Positions 39,509-53,198 of a stretch of 64,000 nt of DNA are shown piece by piece. Where the stretch lies: NCBI GenBank assembly GCA_951406725.2, contig OX597814.1, forward strand, positions 109,058,001-109,122,000. Direction: 5' to 3'. The first letter of the stretch is position 1. Every line of letters starts with the position of its first letter. The DNA comes from Octopus vulgaris (taxonomy: Eukaryota). The notes under the pieces were generated by a model. It saw nothing but the letters and a program-made list of their open reading frames with translations, did no database searches and was not told the origin of the DNA. The position numbers and the translations under genes are program-made.

Positions 39509-42500
39509 TTTGCACATCGGGGACCCTGCCACAGAGACACGAGGCAGATGGACAAACCATCAACACAAAGAAAAGGGATGGACTACGCACCACCTGCCCC
39601 AAAGCGGAGGTACGCAGATGTTGTGCGCGCCACAAACAGCCAACATGATGTTGTCGAAAGAGCAGCTGCTGAGCAACAATCTTTTTGTGCATGGCACAAA
39701 AGATCGTACAGCAGCTGACCTGGCTTCATCAAACCCAAGCCCGCAGGTGGGACTACCCACTATATACCAGACCACCACAGCAAACAGACACAGGATGGAC
39801 ACCGCCGGCAACAACAACGTACACCTCACCTCGATACTCCTACTGAACATCAGAGGACTGCAAACACTCAGTAACAGGACAAAGATCCCGTTCCTGAGAG
39901 ACTTTGTTGCATGCAATCAAGCCTTATGCATAGCACTTACAGAAACGCACCTGAAACCGGACATAGCAGATGCGGAGTTACACATACCACAGTATGCTGT
40001 ACTACGGACCGACAGGAAAGAAAGGAGTCATGGAGGTGTTGCTATGTACATCCGTGAGGACCTCACACCCCAGGTCCTCTTGTCATACTCAAACTCGGTG
40101 TGTGACACACTAATTGTACATATTAGGCAACTTGATGTAGTTGTGTGTGCTACATATCGCCCTCCAGATGCCCCAAGCCATGTGGGCAAGTTCGAAGACT
40201 GCCTTATAAAAATAGAAGAAATTCTAACCACATTAGAACAACACATAGGTGTGCTTCTTATGGGAGACTTCAATCTGCCCAATGTCAGATGGCCCGAGGG
40301 CCTTTCTCTCCCAGGAATGACAAGATGTGAACGAGGACAGGCGAGGTCCCTCCTGAACCTCATCAACACCCTGTACATGGAGCAGGTAATACTCCAACCA
40401 ACCAGGGCAGGTAACACACTGGATCTCTGCTTCACAAATGACATGGATCTCATCCATAATGTGAAAGTGACACCGACACTACTCTCGGATCACAACATGG
40501 TAGAGCTGACCATGTACGGGCCAAAAGAGAGCACGGACATGCAGCCTACAAGAAACCCTCAAAATCTTTCCAGCTTGAACTACCATAAGGCAAACTGGAA
40601 ACAAATTGAGAAAGAGATCCTCAAACAAAACTGGCCTGAATGTCTCTCCTCGCCAGACATCGACGTGAAACTTCAACAATTCATGTCTGTAATGCAAGCC
40701 ATATGCTACAAATGTGTCCCAGAGAGAAAGGCCACTGTACACAAGAACAAAATCCCCAGAGAGAGGAAAATTTTAATGAGACGGCGTACGAAATTTTCAA
40801 ATCGCCTAAACAAACAGATTGAAAGCAGTGAAAAGTCCCGCCTAAAAATAAAACTGTTGGAAATCGAAAAATGTCTGCAACTCTCCCATGAAAAAGAAAG
40901 AGCAGACAAAGAAGCCTGGGCTATAGAAAACATAAAATCTAACCCCAGAGCTTTCTACAGGTATGCCAAAGAAACAGCTACAGTGCACTGTAGAATAGGG
41001 CCACTCCTCGAAAAGGATGGCACACTTACAGGAAAACCAATGAGGGTAAGTGAAATACTGAATGAGCAATTCAAGAGTGTTTTCACTCCACCCCTTGGGC
41101 ATCTCCAAATCACCAATCCAACTGACTTTTTTACCACTGCAGATATAAAATCAGAGGCGGCGACGATAGATTACATCGATATAAATGAAGACGATGTAAC
41201 CAAGGCTATAGATGAAATGAAAACAGACTCAGCTACTGGCCCCGATGGATTCCCGGCAATCCTCCTAAAAGCATGTAAGAGAGTCCTAGCAAGACCACTG
41301 CAGTTCCTCTTTCAGAGCTTCCTTGCAGCTGGCAAACTTCCAGGAAAACTGAAGGAAGGTAAAATATGCCCCATTCATAAAGGAGGTAGCAGAGCGGAAG
41401 CCAAGAACTATAGACCTATCTCTCTGACCTCACACATCAGCAAGGTCATGGAACGAATAGTCAGAAGGAAGCTGATCACCTTCCTTGAAGAGAATGACTT
41501 GCTGCCCGACACCCAACATGGTTTCCGACCAGGGAGAAGCTGTTTAACTCAGCTCCTACAACACTATGACTGGGTGCTGAAACGGCTGCTCAACCACTCA
41601 AATGTGGAAGTGATATATCTCGACTTCGCAAAGGCCTTTGATAAAGTCGATCATGGAATGATATGTCACAAACTGCGTGATCTTAACATAGTTGGAAAAC
41701 TGGGAGAATGGCTTCATGACTTTCTGAAGGATAGAAGTCAGGTGGTAGTAGCCAATGGGGCCACCTCCATTAACACACAAATAGTGAGCGGTGTTCCGCA
41801 GGGCACTGTTCTGGGACCACTACTGTTCATAATGGCCCTCTCAGACATGCCCTCAGCCACGCAGAGAGCCACGATCACAAGTTATGCAGATGATACAAAA
41901 GTTTCACAGGCAATACAGAACCCTGAGGACACTAAACACCTGCAATGTGAGCTGGACGAAATATACAAGTGGGCTGAAAAGAATAGCATGCAGTTCAATG
42001 CTGGAAAGTTTCAAGCTTTATACTATCAGCATGCAAAACTGAATGCAATACCCAATGAATACACTGGACCCGGAGGGATTGCAATCCCAGAGGCACAATC
42101 AGTGCGTGACCTGGGTATTCACATGAGTGATGACGCGACCTTTCATGTACATGTTGCTAAACTGACAATGAAATGTAGACGGCTGGCTGGATGGATTCTT
42201 AGAACCTTTAGAACAAGAGAACAAGAAACCATGATGGTCCTCTGGAAGACACTTGTCCTAAGCCACTTTGACTATTGCTCTCAGCTATGGTCACCATCCA
42301 GTGTCAAGTTGATCACAGAACTTGAGGCGATCCAACGAAGCTACACAAAGAAGATAGCCTCTATGCAGAATGTAAGCTACTGGGAAAGACTCAAGAGATT
42401 AAAATTATATTCCCTGGAGCGTAGGCGGGAAAGATATGCCATAATATACATCTGGAAGATCCTGGAGGGAAGTGTCCTGAACTTTGGCATCGAGAGTTAC

Positions 42501-42886
42501 GCAAATGCCAGAACTGGGCGCCACTGCGTGGTGCCTAGGACTCCAAACCTGCCATCAAGATGTAGGACAAGATACTGTGATAGCCTGGGCTTCCGAGGCC
42601 CACAGCTCTTCAATATCCTCCCGAAGAACCTGAGAGACCTGCATGGGGTGGATACAGATGTCTTTAAAATGAAGCTGGATCTCTTCCTGTCAGGTGTCCC
42701 AGATGAACCAACTTCACGGCAGGAGGGGCAGATGAGGGCAGCTGCATCGAACTCTCTCATGCACCAAATAGCAGTTGCTAGAAAGCCTCCATGAAGTGAA
42801 ACCAAGTAGCAACACCAAATGGCGGTGCCCCAGCATGGCCACAGCTCATAAGCTGAAACTAGAATCAATCAATCAATCAATCAATC
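39509..42886 (+). mobile_element. CR1-group LINE copy 2 (5'-truncated in ORF1, intact ORF2, (AATC)6 tail)
   Basis: The start aligns to copy 3 at about 45826. It has an uninterrupted EN-RT frame, a 3' hairpin and a tandem AATC tail. Confidence 0.95.
39795..42794 (+). CDS. LINE ORF2: AP-like endonuclease plus reverse transcriptase (about 999 aa from the likely ATG, MDTAG)
   Basis: [58 protein letters not shown] and YADDTK are all intact. The start codon is inferred. Confidence 0.9.
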   Translation: MDTAGNNNVHLTSILLLNIRGLQTLSNRTKIPFLRDFVACNQALCIALTETHLKPDIADAELHIPQYAVLRTDRKERSHGGVAMYIREDLTPQVLLSYSNSVCDTLIVHIRQLDVVVCATYRPPDAPSHVGKFEDCLIKIEEILTTLEQHIGVLLMGDFNLPNVRWPEGLSLPGMTRCERGQARSLLNLINTLYMEQVILQPTRAGNTLDLCFTNDMDLIHNVKVTPTLLSDHNMVELTMYGPKESTDMQPTRNPQNLSSLNYHKANWKQIEKEILKQNWPECLSSPDIDVKLQQFMSVMQAICYKCVPERKATVHKNKIPRERKILMRRRTKFSNRLNKQIESSEKSRLKIKLLEIEKCLQLSHEKERADKEAWAIENIKSNPRAFYRYAKETATVHCRIGPLLEKDGTLTGKPMRVSEILNEQFKSVFTPPLGHLQITNPTDFFTTADIKSEAATIDYIDINEDDVTKAIDEMKTDSATGPDGFPAILLKACKRVLARPLQFLFQSFLAAGKLPGKLKEGKICPIHKGGSRAEAKNYRPISLTSHISKVMERIVRRKLITFLEENDLLPDTQHGFRPGRSCLTQLLQHYDWVLKRLLNHSNVEVIYLDFAKAFDKVDHGMICHKLRDLNIVGKLGEWLHDFLKDRSQVVVANGATSINTQIVSGVPQGTVLGPLLFIMALSDMPSATQRATITSYADDTKVSQAIQNPEDTKHLQCELDEIYKWAEKNSMQFNAGKFQALYYQHAKLNAIPNEYTGPGGIAIPEAQSVRDLGIHMSDDATFHVHVAKLTMKCRRLAGWILRTFRTREQETMMVLWKTLVLSHFDYCSQLWSPSSVKLITELEAIQRSYTKKIASMQNVSYWERLKRLKLYSLERRRERYAIIYIWKILEGSVLNFGIESYANARTGRHCVVPRTPNLPSRCRTRYCDSLGFRGPQLFNILPKNLRDLHGVDTDVFKMKLDLFLSGVPDEPTSRQEGQMRAAASNSLMHQIAVARKPP

Positions 42887-43632
<746 letters not shown>

Positions 43633-45250
43633 TACTTCCGGCTTTCGTAGAGTAAACACGTGTTGTCTCTCTCTGCGATAAAAAAAAACAAGAAGGGCTG
43701 CATAAAATCGACGAAATAACTTGGCAAATCACTCACAAAACGTGGAAATTGTTACTTTATAGACGTGTACCTGGATATTTGCTTAAAAATCGCAATATAT
43801 TTCTGCCACAAGTCAAGTTTTGACACAAAGATCTCTTTCTAGCGATACGCACGTGGAATCTCCTAATTTTATTTCCAGACGATAAGTACCCAAATTCCTG
43901 TTTATATCCTCGCAAAAACGTATCACAAATTCTTGTTACTGTTAATTTCGTTAAATCTATTACCTATAAATTACCTGTTACTCTGTTTATATATGTATGT
44001 GCGTATTATCTATATATACGTGCATGTGTGTGTGTGTGTTAGTAGTAGAATCGTTTATATCCTTGCAAAAACGTATCACAAATTCTTGTTACTGTTAATT
44101 TCGTTAAATCTATTATCTATAAATTACCTGTTACTCTGTTTATATATGTATGTGCATATATATCTATATATACGTGCATGTGTGTGTGTGTGTTAGTAGT
44201 AGAATCGTATTGTAGTTTATCTTAAGAGACATTAGTTTATCTTAAGAGTCTATAGCGAAATAAATATATATTGCCATTTCTTGGCGTGTTTTCTTTCAGC
44301 TGTTTTAATTATTATTAAAGGTATAGTCGCAATTAATTAGTTATAGTTTTGTTATAGAAGAATTTGTCTGTTGCGGCGGACAAATGTATTATTACACTAT
44401 TTTATTATCTATTATTATTATCACTTGTTAAATATATGTGTGTGTGTTATATATATATGTGTGTATGTATATACTACATATATATATATAAACTCTGTAA
44501 AACCTCCTGGCCTGTTTTTTCTTTCTTTCTTTTCTTTTCTTTCAGCTGTTTTATTTTATTTTATTTTTCATTTTTATTATTATTATTGTCTTATAATCTC
44601 TTACTATTATTACTTTGTAATATATGTTTATATATGTTTTGTAATATATGCCTATATATGTTTCATTATTATTATTGTCTCTTTATATACTCACTTGTTA
44701 CTCTTGTCTATATATGTGCATGTGCACACGTGTGTACATGTGTGTGTGTGTGTGTATACATATGTATGTCCCAATAGCTTCGTTTAGAATTCTATCTGTC
44801 TCTTCAGTTCTCTCCCTTGCGCCCCTCCTTGGCCCAATAGCTTCGTTTAGATCTCTCTGTCTGTCTCTTCGGTTCTCTCCCTTTGCGCTTTCTCTGTCTA
44901 TCTCAGCTCTCCTCTAGAGGCTTTCTCTATCTTCCTTCAGCACTCAGTATCTCCTCTTCCTCTTCTCTCTTGCTCTCTTCTCTTGGCTCCCAATCTCTCC
45001 TTAAGTGCACGGACGCTCTCTTTCTCTATTACCCCCTACCCCCCTATTGCACTATTGGATTAATATAACTTAATATAACTAGATAGATAGATAGATAGAC
45101 AAAATATCTCTCCTCTTCCTCTTCTCTCCTGCTCTCTTCTCTTGGCTCCCAATCTCTCCTTAAGTACATAGACGCTCTCTTTCTCTATTACCCCCCTACT
45201 TTGGATTAATATAACTTAACATAATTAGATAGATAGATAATATATCAAGA

Positions 45251-46139
45251 ATGTCCAGAGCTTGGAAACGTGATGAACTAGTGTGGTTCCTGCGAGGATG
45301 GCAATGCGCTGACGGAGAAAGTCCAAGTAACATAATTGCGGCAGCACTAAAGAACAAAGGATTCAAAAGGACATCAGCACAAATAGAGCGGAAGAGGCAA
45401 GAGTTCGTACGCTCATACGCACTTGTCAGATCGCACATAAACACACTGGATGCCATTTTTAACAGCGAAAACGCGAACAAAGTAAAGATGGCAAGGATGG
45501 AGACGTGGGCGCAGATGAGGAGGGTCACCCCCACCTGGTGGACGCCCAGGAAGAAAACTCCAACGATAGGCCTGCCCGGGAGGTGAACCCAGGTACGGAT
45601 GCTCCTACCAGCTCCAAAAGCCGTGGACATGGAGATGAAGAGGCCAAAAAAGAGGAAAAACTGAAGCTAAAACTCAGACAAAGCCAAGGGACAAGGCAGC
45701 CAGGGACAGAGGCAAACCTAACGGTCCATATGCCAAAAAGGATGGAAACAAGCAGCGCACACGGGTATGTAGGTTCTACCTGAAAGGTGCCTGCCGGCAT
45801 GGAGAGGAAGGTGCAGGCTGCCGCTTTGCACATCCGGGACCCTGCCACAGAAACCAACCACCGAAAGGAAATGGGATGGACCAGGCATCACCTGCCCCAA
45901 AACGGAGGTACGCAGATGTGGTGCGTACCACAAACCACCAACGTGTTGTTGAAAGGGCAGCTGCTGAGCAGGAATCTTTTTTGTGCATGGCACAAAAGAT
46001 TGTACAGCAGCTAACCTGGCTCCATCAGGCTCAGGCTCGCAGATGGAACTGCCCACAGTTCACAAGACCGCCACAGCAGATGGACCCAGGGTGGACAACG
46101 CCGGCAACAGCATACACCTCACCTCGATGCTCCTACTGA
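45251..46139 (+). CDS. LINE ORF1 (two 1-nt frameshifts): N-terminal Myb/SANT-like trihelix domain and a CCCH zinc finger
   Basis: WKRDELVWFLRGW...IAAALKNKGFKRTSAQIERKRQEFVRSY. CRFYLKGACRHGEEGAGCRFAH from 45768 is in frame with ORF 45876-46139. Frameshifts fall near A-runs at about 45480 and 45655. Confidence 0.7.
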
Positions 46140-48347
46140 ACATCAGAGGTTTACTAACACACAGTAACAGGACAAAAGTCCCGTTCCTGAGAGACTTTGT
46201 CGCATGCAATCAAGCCTTATGCATAGCACTCACAGAAACGCATCTGAAACCGGACATAGCAGATGCGGAATTACACATACCACAGTATGTTGTACTACGG
46301 ACCGACAGGAAAGAAAGGAGTCATGGAGGAGTTGCTATGTACATCCGTGGGGACCTCACACCCCAGGTCCTTTTGTCATACTCAAACTCGGTGTGTGACA
46401 CACTAATTGTACACATAAGGCAACTTGATGTAGTTGTGTGTGCTACATATCGCCCTCCAGATGCCCCAAGTCATATGGGCAAGTTCGAGGACTGCCTTTT
46501 AAAAATAGAAGAAGTTCTAACCACATTAGAACAACACATAAGTGTACTTCTCATGGGAGACTTCAATCTACCGAATGTCAGATGGCCCGAGGGCCTTTCT
46601 CTCCCAGGAATGACAAGATGTGAACGTGGACAGGCGAGGTCCCTCCTGAACCTCGCCAACACCCTGTACATGGAGCAAGTAATACTGCAACCAACCAGAG
46701 CAGGTAACACACTGGATCTCTGCTTCACAAATAATATGGATCTCATCCATAATGTGAAAGTGACACCGACACTACTCTCGGATCACAACATGGTAGAGCT
46801 GACCATGTACGGGCCAAAAGAGAGCACGGACATGCAGCCTACAAGAAACCCTCAGAATCTTTCCAGCTTGAACTTCAATAAGGCAAACTGGAAACAAATT
46901 GAGAAAGAGATCCTCAAACAAAACTGGCCTGAATGTCTCTCCTCGCCGGACATCGACATGATACTTCAACAATTCATGTCTGTAATGCAAGCCATATGCT
47001 ACAAATGTGTCCCAGAGAGAAAGGCCACTGTACACAAGAACAAAATCCCCAGAGAGAGGAAAATTTTAATGAGACGGCGTACAAAAATTTCAAATCGCCT
47101 AAACAAACAAATTGAAAGTAGTGAAAAGTCCCGCCTGAAAATAAAACTGTTGGAAATTGAAAATTGTCTGCAACTTTCCCATGAGAAGGAAAGAGCAGAC
47201 AAAGAAGCCTGGGCTATAGACAACATAAAAACTAACCCCAGAGCTTTCTACAGGTATGCCAAAGAAACGGCTACAGTGCACTGTAGGATAGGGCCACTCC
47301 TTGAAAAGGATGGCACACTCACAGGAAAACCAATGAGGGTAAGTGAAATACTGAATGAACAATTCAAGAGTGTTTTCACTCCACCCCTTGGGCATTTCCA
47401 AATCAGCAATCCAACTGACTTCTTTACCACTGCAGATATAGAATCAGAGGCGGCGACGATAAGTTACATCGAGATAAAGGAAGACGATGTAATAAAGGCT
47501 ATAGATGAAATGAAAATAGACTCAGCTACTGGCCCCGATGGATTCCCGGCAATCCTCCTAAAAGTATGTAAGAGAGTCTTAGCAAGACCACTGCAGTCCC
47601 TCTTTCAGAGCTTCCTTGCAGCTGGCAAACTTCCAAGGGGACTGAAGGAAGGTAAAATATGCCCTATTCATAAAGGAGGTAGCAGAGCGGAGGCAAAGAA
47701 CTACAGACCTATCTCTCTGACCTCACACATCAGCAAGGTCATGGAACGAATAGTCAGAAGGAAACTAATCACCTTCCTTGAAGAAAATGACTTGCTGCCC
47801 GACACCCAACATGGTTTCCGACCAGGAAGAAGCTGCTTAACTCAGCTCCTGCAGCACTATGACTGGGTGCTGAAACAACTGCTCAACCACTCAAATGTGG
47901 AAGTCATATATCTCGACTTCGCAAAGGCCTTCGATAAAGTCGATCACGGAATGATATGTCACAGGCTGCGTGATCTTGGCATAGTTGGAAAACTAGGAGA
48001 ATGGCTTCACGACTTTCTGAAGAATAGAAGTCAGGTGGTAGTAGCCAATGGGGCCACTTCCATTAACACGCAAATAATGAGTGGTGTTCCACAGGGCACT
48101 GTTTTGGGACCACTACTGTTCATAATGGCCCTCTCAGACATGCCCTCAGCCACGCAGAGATCCACGATCACAAGTTATGCAGATGATACAAAAGTTTCAC
48201 AGGCAATACAGAACCCTGAGGACACTAAAAACCTGCAATGTGAGCTGGACGAAATATACAAGTGGGCTGAAAAGAATAGCATGCAGTTCAATGCTGGAAA
48301 GTTTCAAGCTTTATACTATCAGCATGCAAAACTGAATGCAATACCCA
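45983..48347 (+). CDS. LINE ORF2 (EN-RT), open up to the gap
   Basis: Same motifs as copy 2, including YADD. The true start is uncertain: the ATG of copy 2 is GTG here (46091). Confidence 0.88.
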
Positions 48348-48447
48348 NNNNNNNNNNNNNNNNNNNNNNNNNNNNNNNNNNNNNNNNNNNNNNNNNNNNN
48401 NNNNNNNNNNNNNNNNNNNNNNNNNNNNNNNNNNNNNNNNNNNNNNN
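48348..48447. other. Assembly gap (100 N)
   Basis: Read directly from the sequence. Confidence 0.99.
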
Positions 48448-48844
48448 TATATATATCATCATCATTATCATCGTTTAATGTCTGTTTTCCATGCTGGCAT
48501 GGGTTGGACGGTTTGACTGAGGTCTGGAGAGCCAGCGGCTGCACCAGGCTCCAGTCTGACTTGGCAAGGTTTCTATAGCTGGATGCCGTTCCTTATACCA
48601 ACCACTCCGAGAGCGTAGGGGCTGCTTTTTATGTGCCACTGACACAGGAGCCAGTCAGGTGGGCCTGGCATCAATCACGTTCAGATAGTGCATTTTACGT
48701 GCCACTAGCACAGAGGCCAGTCAGAGGGCACTGGCATCAGCCACATTTGGTTGGTGCTTTTTACATGCCACTGGCACGGGAGGCAGTCAGGCAGACCTGG
48801 CATCAACCAAGTTCAGATGGTGCGTTTTACATGCCACCAGCATG

Positions 48845-49092
48845 GGAGCCAGTCAAGGGTAACTGACATCAGCCAGTCGCAGGGTACTGGTATCGGCCAG
48901 TCAGGGGACCACTGACATTGGCCAGTCAGGGGACCACTGGCATTGGACAGTCAAGGGGTACTGGTATCGGCCAGTCAGAGTGCACTGACATTGGCCAGTC
49001 AGGGAACCACTGATATTGGCATTGGCCAGTCAGGGGGCACTGACATCAGCTAGTCATGGGGTACTGGCATCGGCCAGTCAGGGGTCACTGGC
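48845..49092. repeat. ~23-bp minisatellite (ggccagtcaggggtactggcatc-like) grown from SINE-C internal repeats
   Basis: About ten degenerate tandem units. Confidence 0.75.
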
Positions 49093-49134
49093 TGAGAAGA
49101 TACAAATTGCTCTTGGATCACAGATCAATAAATT

Positions 49135-50140
49135 AGCACAGCTAAAATCCGTATCATGGGAGCAGATCACAGATAAATACCAACAGATGGAGAGATGGGT
49201 TGAACATTATTCAGGTCTCTGCATAAATCTTTAGGTAAATATATTCAATAAGAATATTATATACTGAATTTATATTGAGTGCTCCATTGTATAAAAATAT
49301 TAATACTATTATAGTATTCATATATTTAATACGAGCGATATATACATATATTTTTAATAATATATTATTATTATTAATATAAGGAAATTAATATCCAAAC
49401 TCATCATAAAGATATAGCCGTGTGAGAGAACTTATTGTATTAAAAATATATATAAATAAATAAATATAAAAGTATAAATATAATGTATAAAATAAATTTG
49501 ATAGTTTAAAAGTTTTGAATTAATTATTTAAGCATCTTACGATCGTTTCATGTCTCTGCTTGCAAGACTGATCAGTAGATAAAAGCCTACAAGATATAAT
49601 GGCCCAACTTCCAGAAATGGCAGAACTTGACAAAGACTCCACCCAGGAGGAACTGGCAAAAGCCATTGATGAGCTCACAAATGGAAAGTTTCCTGGCAAT
49701 GACCATCTACCAGCAGAAATACTGAAAGAGAACAAGGACACCATCCTACTTCATATATACAAGTTCTTGATTTTCTGTTCGAAGCATGGAGAGGTCTCAT
49801 AAGACATGAGAAATGCCAGCATAGTGACCTTGTATAAGAACAAGGGAGAGAAGGAAAACCGCAACAACTACAGAGGCATGTTACTGCTATGTGTCACAGG
49901 AAAAGCATTTGTCCAAATGCAAAGACAGTCCAGTTTGATGGTTTCACATCAGACAGCTTTGAGATCAGAAGTGGAGTTAAACGGAATTGTTCTGGCAACG
50001 ACCCTTTCCAGCATCTTCTTTGCCAGGCTGTTTCAGTTTGCCTTCAAGGAATCTCTTGTAGATGTCTGCCTTCACAAGAGAACTGATGCATACCTTTTCA
50101 ATCTTGCACACCTCAGAACAGAAGCCAAGACCAAGTCAAC
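49135..50140 (+). mobile_element. Decayed RTE-clade RT fragment, interrupted by an AT-rich insertion
   Basis: QMERWVEHYS.L, EELAKAIDELTNGKFPG.D.LPAEILK and MRNASIVTLYKNKGEK...NNYRGM.LL...GKAF. Confidence 0.8.
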
Positions 50141-50608
50141 TTTGTACTAAAGCGCTAGGCTGACGAAAGCCTTGTGAATGGATTTGGTAGATGGAAACTG
50201 AAAGAAGCCCGTGTGTGTGCATATGTGAGGGGGGACCCTTGTCTTGACATCATGTGATGGTTGCAAACAAGCAGCAGCAGCATCACACAAGTGAAGCTGC
50301 CCATTTCCAGCGTTGTATGAAAAAAAATGTCTGCTCACGGAGAAATATAGCCTTGCGTGGAAACAAGCAAGGGTTGGCAACAGGAAAGGCATCCAGTCAT
50401 AGAAAACCTGCCTCAACCAATTCCATGTGGCCCATGCAAGTATGGGAAAGTAAACACTGATGATGATAATGGTGGTGATTAAGGTAAGTGTTGTTTCTTA
50501 AAATTCACATGTAACACCATGTAGCATTGAGAAAAAATAAAAAAAAAAAAGAGAAAACAGTTGTGATGTTCAGAAATACAAACTCATGTTGAAATTCTAA
50601 GAACATAC

Positions 50609-50728
50609 TTCTGCATTTCAAGTAATTCTTCTTTGGTCAGTTCTTTATATGGATCTTCTGGAATCTCTTCTTTCCCTTTAGAAGACGATGCGTCTACACC
50701 GGGTCTTCTAACAGACCTCTTTCGGCGT
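50609..50728 (-). CDS. HYDIN: HYDIN coding exon (120 nt, phase 2-2; RRKRSVRRPGVDASSSKGKEEIPEDPYKELTKEELLEMQK)
   Basis: Acceptor ttattttctag and donor gtatgt. Open in phase 2, which joins to give ...MQKFHLYD. Confidence 0.8.
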
Positions 50729-50789
50729 CTAGAAAATAAAATAAATTTTCAAAAATGCTGAACAACAATATAAACATATTTTGTAAGCA

Positions 50790-52488
50790 AAAGACAGACT
50801 GAGAGGTCCAGTTTTTAAAATTTCAACCCCAATTAAGCTAAATTTAGAGAAAACTCACATTGTGGTGTATGAGTCAAATGCTTTTCTTAGTGTGGGTTAC
50901 AGCACTCGCACACACACACACACAAAAGGGAGCGATCTGATTCACTCATGCTATCACTCTCATTTCTACGACTTTCTCTTTGCAAGTGTGCAACGATTAA
51001 ACTGAAACTATTTCTATAAAACGGATCACTCATGCTATCAACATAATTTCTCTCACTTTCTCTTTGCAAGTGTACCTGAAACCACTACTAAAAAAATAAA
51101 AAACACAGCAAACAGAAACAAATAAATACATAACGATTTACTCCTCACACAATTTCTTCAATTAGAGTTTACCTAAGATTTTTCAAAGTACTCCATTCGG
51201 TCATGCCATAAAAAATTTCTTTCAATTTCACCCCCAATTAAGATAAAATTCGAGAAAACTCAATATTTTAACATTTCACTCCGAAAGCATTGATGTACAT
51301 GTGTGCGTGCATGAGTGTGTGTGTGTGTGTGTGTTTGATGGGTTGTGCGACACAGAAAGTGTGGTGTGTAAGTGAAGTGCTTTTGTTAGTGTGTGTAAAG
51401 AGACAGAGAGAGTGAAAGACAGAAATAACTGAACTTTTTTTATTCACTTTTTGTAGTGAGTGACTGAGAGAGAAAAGAGAGAGAGAGTTATGTATGTATA
51501 TATGTATGTATGGCTTCAGTGACACACACACACACAAAAACACATACCTACGTACACCTAAAGCACGCACACACACAAGCGGAGCGCGAACTTCAAAATT
51601 TTGGTAGTATTAATTTGCGAGCGTACTTCTAAGCGCGCGTAATTGAAAGTTTTCACTATGATATCATCACGTGCGAAAAAATTCGAAGGGTTTTGAACAA
51701 TTGAGATACAGATGTCACGCCTGTATTGAAACCATTGCTAAGCTGCCGTAATTGCTTAATTAAGACTTTGTTTAAATTGAAAGGGGCAAATATGTGACGA
51801 GGTTGAAAAAAAATACCCCAGAAAAAAAAATGTACTGCTGGTATTTATATAATTCACTACTATTTTGCTACAATGTCATGAAAAAGAAAAAATTTAGGTA
51901 TGTACAACATATATTATACATTTTTTCTATTCATTCAATTCATTCAACGAAAATAAAAAAATCGAATTCGCCACCCCCTTTTCCCCATTCGCGTTTGTGT
52001 AAAAAAAAATTATTATATAAGTTTTAAAAATTATTTACTTTGTTCAAAAAATATTAATATTAATTAATTTTCAAGAATTATTTAATTTACATAATTAATT
52101 CATTAATTTTATTCTGTAAAATAGTAATTAATTCATTTATCTGTAAATCTGCGAGGTTGTTACTCAGGCACCTAGAAATAGCAGCCAGATTTTTATATTC
52201 TAAATAATTTGCAATTTCAAAAAATATATTAATTTTGCGTTATTTAATTTGATAAATTCTACGGAATAATTTTGCGCGTTATATACATTCGCGTTTCTGT
52301 AAAAAAAAGTAATTATTTAAGGGCGATCGAGTATCGAGTACCTACGTCTGGCTCGCGCGCACGCGCAAATCCGCGTGTGCGCAACCGGGACCACTCTGCG
52401 ATACAAGTACCCATATATACATCCATACATACATGTGTGTGTGTGTCTATGTATGTGTATTAATGTGTGTGTGTGTCGATACTGCTAG
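50790..52488 (+). mobile_element. Possible larger Helitron-derived element (3' end recognisable, 5' end approximate)
   Basis: The CpG-rich end gtgcgcaaccggg...ctgCTAG|t resembles the Helitron end at 5566. Internal direct repeats near 50820/51226 and 50943/51027. Confidence 0.35.
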
Positions 52489-52991
52489 TTAATTATAAAC
52501 TGCATGGCACCTTGGGCAAGTGTCTTCTACTATAGCCTCAGGCCGACCAAAGCCTTGTGAGTGGATTTAGTAGACAGAAACTGAAAGAAGCCCATCGTAT
52601 ATATATATGTGTATACATACATATGTGTGTGTGTGTATATGTTTGTGTGTCTGTGTTTGTCCCCCTCCCCAACATCACTTGACAACCAATGGTGGTGTGT
52701 TTACGTCACTGTGACTTAGCGGTTCGGCAAAAGAGACCGATAGAATAAGTACTAGGCTTACAAAGAATAAGTCCTATGGTTGATTTGCTCGACTGAAGGC
52801 GGTACTCCAGCATGGCCACAATGAAATGACTGAAACAAGTAAAAGAGTAATCAATTCAGATAGTGAAATGAGAATTTGGTTGATACCATATCAAAATCTG
52901 AATGTCCAACTGACTTTTCCTCTTCTGCTCCACTCACCCTCATCTCCTATATTCACATAATAATATTTACTCCTCCACTGACAATACTTAC

Positions 52992-53198
52992 TCCTCTGTC
53001 ATATCATTTCGATCGGTGGCCTGTGAGTCAGGACGTTCTGTAACTCCACCTTTTGAATCCCCTTCATATTTATGGCCAACTCCTTTTGTCCCAACCTTTT
53101 CACAAGCCTTCTTGTCTTTGTCAAGAGGGCCAGCCTTCTTGTCTTTGTCTTTTTCATTCGACGGCGGTGCAGGACGTTTCCCTTTTTTCCTTGATTTA
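52992..53198 (-). CDS. HYDIN: HYDIN coding exon (207 nt, phase 2-2; KSRKKGKRPAPPSNEKDKDKK...DRNDMTEE)
   Basis: Acceptor ttttattttcag and donor gtaagt. KKGK-rich charged linker as in HYDIN, with consistent phase. Confidence 0.78.

Larger units (their letters stand above)
43633..48347 (+). mobile_element. CR1-group LINE copy 3 (possibly full-length 5' end; 3' end lost in the assembly gap)
   Basis: ORF1 and ORF2 are very similar to copy 2 where they overlap. The 5' boundary is inferred from the end of the TA array, so membership of 43633-45250 is less certain. Confidence 0.8.

Noticed and set aside
39510-39794. N-terminal ~95 aa of the 1094-aa ORF
   Set aside because: The region aligns to the ORF1 3' end of copy 3 in another frame, and copy 2 lacks one T in a homopolymer near 39685. 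The extension is probably not real ORF2.
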